This document shows, piece after piece, positions 1 through 7,862 of a stretch of DNA of 64,000 bases (within the stretch, counting starts at the first letter, position 1; every line of letters starts with the position of its first letter). The notes beneath the pieces are model-generated. The model was given only the letters and a program-made list of their open reading frames with translations, did not search any database and was not told where the DNA came from. Both the position numbers and the translations under genes were made by a program. The stretch comes from an uncultured Planctomycetota bacterium (lineage in GTDB: Bacteria; Planctomycetota; PLA2; JAEUHO01), in the NCBI GenBank assembly GCA_963752285.1, contig CAVVXN010000005.1, positions 416,001 to 480,000 of the forward strand, in the 5' to 3' direction.

Positions 1-974
1 CGGAAGAGGTCGGGCAGCCGCGTCCTGAGGACCACCCACTGCCGATAGGACTTGAGGTCCACCGCGGGCGTGCCGCCGTACATGCCGGGCTTCTGGATGC
101 CGCCCGCCGCGCCGGACTGCGCGACCAGGACCACGTCGTCCCCGATGCGACAGTGCCCCGGAACGCCGACCTGACCGGCCAGCACCGTGCGGTTCCCGAT
201 CTCGGTGCTGCCCGCGAGACCCGTCTGGCCGCAGAGCAACGTGTCCTCGCCGATGTGGCAGCCGTGGCCGACCTGCACCAGGTTGTCGATCTTCGTCCCG
301 CGACCGATGGTCGTGGCTCCGACGGTCGCGCGATCCACGCAGGCGTTGGCCTGGATCTCTACCGCGTCCCCGAGCTCGACGCCTCCGGTCTGGGGGATCT
401 TGTGCCACGAGCGGTCCTTCTCCGGCGCGAAGCCGAAGCCGTCCGCGCCGACGACCGCGCCGTTCTGGAGGATGACGCCCGCGCCGAGGCGCACGTGCTC
501 GCGCACGACCGCGAACGAATGCAGGACCGAGCCGGGACCGATCACCGCGCCCTCGTAGACGACGACGTGCGGGTGGATCACGACGCCGTCGCCCACGCGG
601 ACGCCGTCGCCGATCACGACGTAGGGTCCGATGCAGACGTCGTCGCCGAGAACGACGCCTTCGCCGAGTACCGCCGTCGCGTGGACGCCGTGGGTCACCT
701 CCGGTGGACGATGCAGGGTCTCGAGCAGGAGCGCGAACGAGAGGTAGGGGTTGTCCACGCGAAGCAGGGCGGGCGGGACCTCCTCGCTGAACGAGCGTTC
801 GACGAGCGCCGCGCCGGCCCGGGAGGTCCGGAGTGCAGCCGTGTACCTCGGGTTCGCGAGGAACGTGACGTCGGCGGGGCCGGCGTCGGCGATCGTGGCG
901 GCGCCGGAGATCTCGAAATCGACGTCGGGATCGACGTCCGCCTGCACCATCCGCGCCAGCTCCTGGATCCTCAT
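1..974 (-). CDS. lpxD: UDP-3-O-acyl-glucosamine N-acyltransferase LpxD (3' end truncated by window edge)
   Basis: Manual translation from ATG at 974: MRIQELARMVQADVDPDVDFEISGAATIADAGPADVTFLANPRY..., followed by hexapeptide repeats and GADGFGF, KIPQTG, DRATVG and TKIDNLVQVGHG motifs. Absent from the ORF track because there is no stop in the window. Confidence 0.95.
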   Translation of the reverse strand, partial: MRIQELARMVQADVDPDVDFEISGAATIADAGPADVTFLANPRYTAALRTSRAGAALVERSFSEEVPPALLRVDNPYLSFALLLETLHRPPEVTHGVHATAVLGEGVVLGDDVCIGPYVVIGDGVRVGDGVVIHPHVVVYEGAVIGPGSVLHSFAVVREHVRLGAGVILQNGAVVGADGFGFAPEKDRSWHKIPQTGGVELGDAVEIQANACVDRATVGATTIGRGTKIDNLVQVGHGCHIGEDTLLCGQTGLAGSTEIGNRTVLAGQVGVPGHCRIGDDVVLVAQSGAAGGIQKPGMYGGTPAVDLKSYRQWVVLRTRLPDLF

Positions 975-1096
975 CTCGGTCTCCGTCCTCCTCGTCCGTC
1001 GCCGCCGAGGACCGCGCATCCTACCCGTTCCGTCACGGCACGGAACACGCGGAGGCGCGGCGCCCTGCTACCCTCGCGCGGTCCCCGGAGGCCACC

Positions 1097-1702
1097 TTGC
1101 CGGACGCGCCCGAACCTGCGACTGCGCCCGCCGACCGCCCCCCGCGAGGTCGCGAGCTCCTGAGGCCCGCGGCGTGGTTCTACGGCGTGGTCGTGCTGTT
1201 CGCCGTGGGCCTCGGCCTCTTCGGGACGGGCGTCCATTCGATGAGCCCGCGGTCGCCGACGTTGCCCGGTGTGCTCGGTGGCGCCGGCATCGCGATCGCG
1301 CTGGTCGTCCTGTTCCGCGTCCTCGCGGGCGCCTGGAAACCGATGGCGCGGACGGTGGACGCGATCGTGGACTGGATCGGCCCGATCGGGTGGCCCGCGG
1401 CGCTGTGGCTCGCGCTGATCTCGGGGAGCGCGGAGGAGGTCCTCTTCCGCGGCGCGCTCTGGCCTCACCTCGGGCTCGCCGGCACGACGCTCCTCTTCGG
1501 CCTCGTGCACGTGATCCCCCGGCGCGCGTTCTGGACGTACCCGCTCTTCGCGCTCCTGGCGGGTCTCCTCTTCGGTCTGCTCCGCGAGGGGACCGGCAGC
1601 GTGTGGCCCCCCGCTCTCGCCCACGCGGTCCTGAACGGAGTGAACCTCGTGTGGATCGGGCGGCGCGCACGACGCCGGACGCGCGCGGGTGCCGAGGCGT
1701 GA
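1097..1702 (+). CDS. CPBP/Abi (CAAX protease-like) intramembrane metalloprotease
   Basis: Motifs EEVLFRG, FGLVH and AHAVLN in hydrophobic helices; TTG start with GGAGG upstream. Confidence 0.88.
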   Translation: MPDAPEPATAPADRPPRGRELLRPAAWFYGVVVLFAVGLGLFGTGVHSMSPRSPTLPGVLGGAGIAIALVVLFRVLAGAWKPMARTVDAIVDWIGPIGWPAALWLALISGSAEEVLFRGALWPHLGLAGTTLLFGLVHVIPRRAFWTYPLFALLAGLLFGLLREGTGSVWPPALAHAVLNGVNLVWIGRRARRRTRAGAEA

Positions 1703-3144
1703 GACCGGCGCCCAAGCCGACGCTCGCCGACCATCTCGCCGTCGCCCTGCTTCTCGGGCGCACGCTGCTCGGCGCCCTCCCGTTCATGGCGTGGATCCTC
1801 GGCTCTCCCATCGTGCAGCCGCTCGCGAGGCGCCGGATCCGGCGGCGGCTCGCCGCGCCTCCCGGCCCCGTGCCCGAGCCGCCGGCGCCCGACCCCTCCG
1901 CGTGGGCCGGACGGACCATCTTCGTCTCGGCCGGCGAGCGGTCGGGCGACCTCCTCGCGGCCCGCGTCGTCCGCGCGATTCGCGCGCGTTGCCCCGACGT
2001 CGAGGTGCGTGGATACGGCGGCGAGGCGCTTCGGGAGGCGGGCGCCGAGCTCGACGAGGACATCGTCTCGCGCGCCGTGGTGGGGGTATGCGCCGTCGTC
2101 GGGTCGCTCGGGACGTGGTGGCGCCTCCTCGCGCGGACGCGCGCGCGGTTTCGCGCGTCGCCGCCCGACCTCTGCCTGACCGTCGACTTCCCGGGTCTCA
2201 ACGTCCGCATCGCCCGCTGGGCCCGCGCGCGCGGCGTCGCGACGGCGCACCTCGTCCCGCCCGCCCTGTGGGCGTACGGGCCCTGGCGCATCCGCCGCTG
2301 GCGGCGCGCGGTCGATCGTTTCGTGGCGGTGTTCCCGTTCGAGCCCGCGTACTTCGAGGGGGCGGGCATCGAGTGCGTGCGCGCGGGCCACCCGCTCTTC
2401 GAGGCGCCCCTCGCCCCGCCCCGGACGCCCGAGCGCTGGCCGGGATCGGGGCCCTGCGAGATCGAGCTCCTGCCGGGGAGCCGTCGCCAGGAGATCCTCC
2501 GGCACGCGCCCGTGGTCCTCGAGGCGGCCGCGGAGGTCGAGCGGCGCCTCCCGGCGGCGCGTTTCGTGGTCCGGCTCGCGACCGACGCGCACCGCGCGGC
2601 GTTCGAGACGGGCGCACGCCGCGCGCGGCGCACGCCGTCGCACGTGCGGTTCGCCGGGGGGACCCCGTCGGACGCGTCGGGCGAGGCGCCCCTCCTCGGT
2701 GCGATCGCCGCGAGCGGGACCGTGACCGCCGAGCTCGGCGCCGCGCTCGTGCCGCACGCCCTGTTCTACCGCGTGACGCCGCTCGCGCGCGTCGGCGCGT
2801 TCGTCGGCCTGACGGCCCCGTGGATCGGTCTGGTCAACCTCGTCGCGGGAGAGGAGGTCGCGCCCGAGCGCCTGATCGTGCGGCGCTCGGGACGCGCAGT
2901 TGCGCGGGACTTCCTGCGCGTCGCCGCGGACGCCGCGACCTGGTCCCGCACGCGCGAGACGCTCGCGACGAAGGTACGCGCGCGACTCGAGACGGGTGGC
3001 GTCGCGGACCGTGCCGCGCGCGCCGTGCTCGCCACCGCGACCCGCGCGTCTCGTCGTTGCGAATCGATCGCAACTTCTCCCGCGACGCCCGAGGCGGGCG
3101 GGTCGGTCGAGGTTCGAGGCGGGGGATCAGGTCGCGGGGAGTAG
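1699..3144 (+). CDS. lpxB: Lipid-A-disaccharide synthase LpxB with an N-terminal hydrophobic extension
   Basis: IFVSAGERSGDL, VDFPGLN, LLPGSRRQEI, ASGTVTAEL and IGLVNL motifs; GTG start overlaps the upstream stop (GTGA). Confidence 0.88.
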   Translation: MRPAPKPTLADHLAVALLLGRTLLGALPFMAWILGSPIVQPLARRRIRRRLAAPPGPVPEPPAPDPSAWAGRTIFVSAGERSGDLLAARVVRAIRARCPDVEVRGYGGEALREAGAELDEDIVSRAVVGVCAVVGSLGTWWRLLARTRARFRASPPDLCLTVDFPGLNVRIARWARARGVATAHLVPPALWAYGPWRIRRWRRAVDRFVAVFPFEPAYFEGAGIECVRAGHPLFEAPLAPPRTPERWPGSGPCEIELLPGSRRQEILRHAPVVLEAAAEVERRLPAARFVVRLATDAHRAAFETGARRARRTPSHVRFAGGTPSDASGEAPLLGAIAASGTVTAELGAALVPHALFYRVTPLARVGAFVGLTAPWIGLVNLVAGEEVAPERLIVRRSGRAVARDFLRVAADAATWSRTRETLATKVRARLETGGVADRAARAVLATATRASRRCESIATSPATPEAGGSVEVRGGGSGRGE

Positions 3145-3194
3145 GATCTCGAAACGGGCGCCCTCACGGGCACGATCTGGGACGCGATCTCCCC

Positions 3195-4550
3195 ATGGGC
3201 GGACTCGCCACCGCGGCGGCCTTGCCGCCCACGCTCTTCTCCGACCGCGTCGGGCTCCTCGGCACGGAGGAGGCGTTCCGCCTGGGTGCGCTCATCGCGG
3301 GGATCGAGGCGGAGCCGCCCGCGCGCCCGGGTCCCGGCGGGCGGGTGATCCGACTGAACCTCGGTCAGCCCGACTTCCCGCTCCCGCGCCACGTCGCGCG
3401 CGCCGTGGACGCCGCCCTCGAACAGGGGCTCACGACGTACTGCGACCCGCAGGGCCTCCCCGATCTCCGACGGGCGATCGCCGACAGCGTCGGACCGCCG
3501 CGCGGGATCGAGATCGACCCCGCGCGCGTCGTGGTCTACCCGGGGGCGCGGTGCCCGATCGGCTTCGCGCAGATGGTCTACCTGCGGCCGGGCGACGATG
3601 TCGTCTATCCGACGCCGTGCTACCCGCTCTTCGAGTCGTTCATCCGCTACCAGGGGGCGGTGCCGGTGCCCGTTCCGCTTCGCGAGGAGACCGGGTTCAC
3701 GCTCACGGGCGCGGACCTCGAGCCGTACCTCACGGCTCGCACGAAGCTCGTCTATCTGAACTTCCCGTCCAACCCGACGGGGGGCGTCGCGTCCACCTCG
3801 GACCTGGCCGAGATCGCCTCGGTGATCGCCCGCCGGGCCCGCCCCGACGTCCGCGTCTACTCGGACGAGTCCTACGAGGCGATCGTCTTCGACGACGTCC
3901 CGCACGCGTCGATCCTCTCCGTGCCCGGGATGAGCGAGCGCACGATCTTCACCTCCGGCGTGTCCAAGACGTACGCCTGGACGGGGGGGCGCGTCGGGTG
4001 GTCGGTCTACCCCACGGTCGAGGAGGCGCTCCTCCACCGCAACCTGAACATCAACTACTTCGCGTCCCTGCCGCCCTACAACCAGATGGGCGCGGTCGAG
4101 GCGCTCCGATCTCCCGAGTCGTCGCCGGTGGTCCGCGCGATGGTGAACGCGTTCCAGCGACGCCGCGACCTGACCGTCGCGGGCCTCCGCGCGATCGACG
4201 GCGTCTCGTGCCAGGTGCCGAAGGGCGCCTTCTACGTCTTCCCCAACGTGAGCGGCGTTCTCGATCGCCTCGGCGCCGTCGAGGCGCACGAAGGTCTCCC
4301 CGACTGGCTGCGTACGCGCACGAGCCCCGCGACGCTCCTGCAGCTCTTCCTCCTCTACCACTACCGGGTCGCCACCATGGACCGGCGGTCGTTCGGGCTC
4401 CTCGGGAGCGAGGGCCAGCACTTCCTCCGCGTGTCGATCGCCGCGGCCGACGCCGACCTCGAGGAGGCGCTCGACCGGATGGAACGCGCGTCGTACGACG
4501 TCGAGGGGTTCGACTCGTTCCTCGGGTCCGGACGGTCGCTCACGCTCTGA
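3195..4550 (+). CDS. PLP-dependent class I/II aminotransferase (aspartate aminotransferase family)
   Basis: LNLGQPDF, NFPSNPTG, SDESY, SKTYAWTGGRVG (PLP lysine) and PKGAFYVF; C-terminal part of track ORF 1689..4550. Confidence 0.9.
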   Translation: MGGLATAAALPPTLFSDRVGLLGTEEAFRLGALIAGIEAEPPARPGPGGRVIRLNLGQPDFPLPRHVARAVDAALEQGLTTYCDPQGLPDLRRAIADSVGPPRGIEIDPARVVVYPGARCPIGFAQMVYLRPGDDVVYPTPCYPLFESFIRYQGAVPVPVPLREETGFTLTGADLEPYLTARTKLVYLNFPSNPTGGVASTSDLAEIASVIARRARPDVRVYSDESYEAIVFDDVPHASILSVPGMSERTIFTSGVSKTYAWTGGRVGWSVYPTVEEALLHRNLNINYFASLPPYNQMGAVEALRSPESSPVVRAMVNAFQRRRDLTVAGLRAIDGVSCQVPKGAFYVFPNVSGVLDRLGAVEAHEGLPDWLRTRTSPATLLQLFLLYHYRVATMDRRSFGLLGSEGQHFLRVSIAAADADLEEALDRMERASYDVEGFDSFLGSGRSLTL

Positions 4551-4616
4551 GGGGCCCCGCGCGGGACCCGCCTACCGTCCGTCGCCCCTGCCGTCCCGCC
4601 TGCGACTGGAGCCGAC

Positions 4617-6983
4617 ATGAACCCGATCTTCGGACCTCGCCGAGCCGAGTGGATCCGCATCGCCGAGCCCTCGCCGGGGCTCGTCGAGGAGTCCGACCTC
4701 GGGCACTTCGCGTTCCTCGACCTCGTCTACCGCGCGCTCTGCTCCGTGCTCTACAACTTTGCCCAGTCGGGCCACCCGGGCGGCTCGATCTCGAGTGGTC
4801 GCATCGTCGCGGGGCTGTGCTACGACGCGATGGACTACGACGTCGCAAACCCCGACCGGCTCGACGCGGACGTCCTCTCGTATGCGGCGGGGCACAAGGC
4901 GCTCGGCCTGTACGCGATGCTCGCGCTCCGGGACGAGATCGTCCGGATCGGCGCCCCGGGGGTCCTCCCCCGGGAGGACGGGAAGCGCGTACGGCTGGAG
5001 GACCTCCTCGGGTTCCGCCGAAACCCCACGCACCAGGGCCACCTGTTCCGCCGGTTCGGGGCGAAGGCGCTCGACGGTCATCCCACGCCCGCCACGCCGT
5101 TCGTGCGCCTGGCCACCGGCGCGTCCGGCGTCGGCGTCGGCGCCTCGCTGGGCCTCGCCGCGGGCCTCGCCGACCTCTACGGCCGTGCGGCGCCCCGCGT
5201 GCACGTGATCGAGGGCGAGGGCGGCCTCACGCCGGGGCGCGTCGCCGAAGCCCTCGCGTTCGCCGGCACGGCCGGCCTCTGGAACGCGGTGCTGCACGTG
5301 GACTGGAACCAGTCGTCGATCGACTCCGACGCCGTGACGCGCGAGGGCGGGCGGCCCGGCGACTACGTGCAATGGGACCCGATGGAGCTCCTCTACCTCC
5401 ACGACTGGAACGTGGTGGAGGTCCCCGACGGCCTCGACTTCGCGCTCGTCCTGTCGGCGCAACGCCGCGCGCTCGAGATCGACAACGGCCAACCCACGGC
5501 GATCGTGTACCGAACCGAGAAGGGATGGCGCTACGGTATCGAGGGCCGCGTGTCCCACGGCGCGGGCCACAAGCTCTGCAGCCCCGGGTACCGGCACACG
5601 CTCGAGTCGCTCTTGGGACCCGGGGCGCCGGGGCTGCCGCGTTGCGTGGACGCGCCCTGCCGCCAGCCCGGCTGCGACGGCGAGCTCGAGGGCTGCTACT
5701 GGGAGACGCTCTGTCTCGTGCGCGAGGTGCTCCTCGCGACCCGACCGGCCTGCGACGAGATCGCGGCGCGGGTGGTCGCGGCGCAGGGTCGTCTCGACGG
5801 CCGGGGCCGGACGGTCCGCGCCGACGCGCCCGACGTGGAGCGGCTCTACGCCGCGGCCGACCCCGCGCGGACGCCCGAGCCCCTGGCGCTCCGGCCGGGC
5901 GCGAGCGTCGCGCTCCGAGAGCAGCTCGGCCGGGCGCTCGGGCACCTCAACCGCGCGAGCCGAGGCGCGCTGCTCGTGGGCGCGGCCGACCTGCTCGACT
6001 CGACGGCGATCTCCGCGGCGACCGAGGGCTTCGCGCCGGGCTTCTTCCACCTCGCGAAGAATCCCGCGTCGAGGACGATCGCGGCGGGAGGGATCTGCGA
6101 GGACGGCCTCGCGTGCGTTCTCTCCGGCGTCGCGGCGACGGGGCGCCACGCGGGCGTCGGCGCGTCGTACGGCGCGTTCCTCGCCCCGCTCGGCCACGTC
6201 GCCGCACGTCTGCACGCGATCGGGAACCAGATGCGCACCGGGCGCACGGGCGGCGCGTCTCGTCCCCTGGTGCTCGTGTGCGGACACGCGGGCCTCAAGA
6301 CCGGCGAGGACGGGCCCACGCACGCCGACCCGCAGGCGCTCCAGCTCGTGCAGGAGAACTTCCCCGAGGGCGCGGCGATCGCGCTGACGCCGTGGGAGCC
6401 CTCCGAGACGTGGCCGCTCGTCGCGGCGGCGTTCGCCGCCCGGCCCGCGCTCGTCTTCCCGTTCGTGACGCGTCCCCGCGAGACGGTGCCCGACCGCGAG
6501 GCCCTCGGGCTCGCGGCCGCGGAGGCCGCGGCCGACGGGGTGTACGTCCTCCGCCCGGCGCGCGGTCCCGCGCCCGTGGCCACGGTGGTGCTCCAGGGCT
6601 CGGAGGTCGCGTACGCGTTCGTGGACCGCGCGCTGCCCGCCCTGGACGAGGCCGGGCTCGACGTCGAGGCGCTCTACGTCGCGAGCGCCGAGCTCTTCGA
6701 CCGGCGGCCCGCCGCAGAACGGGCGAGCCTCTTCGCCGGCCGACCCGTGGAGCGACGGATGGGGATCACCGGCTTCACGCGTCCGACGATGGACCGCTGG
6801 GTGCCCACGGACGTGGGTAGAGAGCACACGCTCCACCCGTTCCGGAAGCGGCGCTACCTGGGGAGCGGCCCGGGTCCCCGTGTGCTCGCCGAGGCGGGCC
6901 TCGACGGCGAGGCCCAGGTCGAGGCGATCCGCGCGTTCGTGGACGCGCTCGTCCGCCGGCGGGCCGTGCCCGCCGGCGCGTAG
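4617..6983 (+). CDS. Single-chain transketolase-like ThDP enzyme (atypical)
   Basis: SGHPGGSIS, GHK, LDGHP, ADL..ST, GICED and GEDGPTH motifs; the ThDP motif is a variant (GEGG...N). Confidence 0.85.
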   Translation: MNPIFGPRRAEWIRIAEPSPGLVEESDLGHFAFLDLVYRALCSVLYNFAQSGHPGGSISSGRIVAGLCYDAMDYDVANPDRLDADVLSYAAGHKALGLYAMLALRDEIVRIGAPGVLPREDGKRVRLEDLLGFRRNPTHQGHLFRRFGAKALDGHPTPATPFVRLATGASGVGVGASLGLAAGLADLYGRAAPRVHVIEGEGGLTPGRVAEALAFAGTAGLWNAVLHVDWNQSSIDSDAVTREGGRPGDYVQWDPMELLYLHDWNVVEVPDGLDFALVLSAQRRALEIDNGQPTAIVYRTEKGWRYGIEGRVSHGAGHKLCSPGYRHTLESLLGPGAPGLPRCVDAPCRQPGCDGELEGCYWETLCLVREVLLATRPACDEIAARVVAAQGRLDGRGRTVRADAPDVERLYAAADPARTPEPLALRPGASVALREQLGRALGHLNRASRGALLVGAADLLDSTAISAATEGFAPGFFHLAKNPASRTIAAGGICEDGLACVLSGVAATGRHAGVGASYGAFLAPLGHVAARLHAIGNQMRTGRTGGASRPLVLVCGHAGLKTGEDGPTHADPQALQLVQENFPEGAAIALTPWEPSETWPLVAAAFAARPALVFPFVTRPRETVPDREALGLAAAEAAADGVYVLRPARGPAPVATVVLQGSEVAYAFVDRALPALDEAGLDVEALYVASAELFDRRPAAERASLFAGRPVERRMGITGFTRPTMDRWVPTDVGREHTLHPFRKRRYLGSGPGPRVLAEAGLDGEAQVEAIRAFVDALVRRRAVPAGA

Positions 6984-7016
6984 CCGGGCCGGAGGGGCGT
7001 CCTCTGCGCGCGCGGC

Positions 7017-7817
7017 TCAGGCGACCCAGGTCCTCTTCTTCACCACGACGACCCAGTGCCCGCCTTGCCGGCGCAGGAGGACCCACCACCCCGAGCCGGC
7101 GAGACCGCCGGCCAGCGAGGACGCTTGCAGCACGGCCTGGTCTCCGCGGGGAGAGAACCCCACGTCGCTCAGGTGGACCAGCCCGGAGCTGCCGGGGTAC
7201 CGGTGGTGGAAGCCCATCCACGCCGGGCTCTCCCCAGCGGGTCCGTCGGGCGTGATGACCACGGGCTCGATGGCCCTGCTGCTCGCCTCGGTGAACCACT
7301 CGATCGGTCGTGACGCGGCCAGGTCCCTCGGCGCCGGGACCCGCGCCGCGTGCGCGAGCCAGTCCGCGAACGTCTCCGGCGCGAGCCCCTCGAGGGTCGG
7401 GCGGTACATCCAGGTGCCGTCGGGGAGCGTCACCGCGTCGGCCGCGCGATCGGGACGGGGAGGGGTGTCCTTCGCGTAGCCGAGATCGGGGGAGAGGTCG
7501 TCGTCGATGACGAGCACGCGCGTGCCGGGCTCCACGTACAAGGCGTCGAGGACGGCCGCGAGCACCTCCCGCCGCGCGACCTCCCGGGGCGCGAGCGGCG
7601 GCCTTCCGCAGGCCGAGAGGCAGAGCGAAGCGAGGGCGACGGCGACGAGGCGAACGCGGTGGCCGCCGACCGTTTCGTCCGCCGAGCGGATCCGGACCCG
7701 AGCGGCCACGGGTCGCAAGAGGCGCCCGGGCGCGGCCTTCGAGTCCCCTCGGCGATGCCCTCCCCGGGGGCCTTTGAGCGGTGCGGCGTCGTCCCACATC
7801 GTGCGTCGGGTCCGCAC
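7017..7817 (-). CDS. Hypothetical lipoprotein (start uncertain, probably downstream of the track start)
   Basis: Lipobox-like LVAVALASLCLSA-C followed by a globular region ending ...WVVVVKKRTWVA. Confidence 0.6.
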   Translation of the reverse strand: MRTRRTMWDDAAPLKGPRGGHRRGDSKAAPGRLLRPVAARVRIRSADETVGGHRVRLVAVALASLCLSACGRPPLAPREVARREVLAAVLDALYVEPGTRVLVIDDDLSPDLGYAKDTPPRPDRAADAVTLPDGTWMYRPTLEGLAPETFADWLAHAARVPAPRDLAASRPIEWFTEASSRAIEPVVITPDGPAGESPAWMGFHHRYPGSSGLVHLSDVGFSPRGDQAVLQASSLAGGLAGSGWWVLLRRQGGHWVVVVKKRTWVA

Positions 7818-7862
7818 CGAGGATACGCGATCTCCCGATCGGCCTCCACGGTGCAGCGCGGC

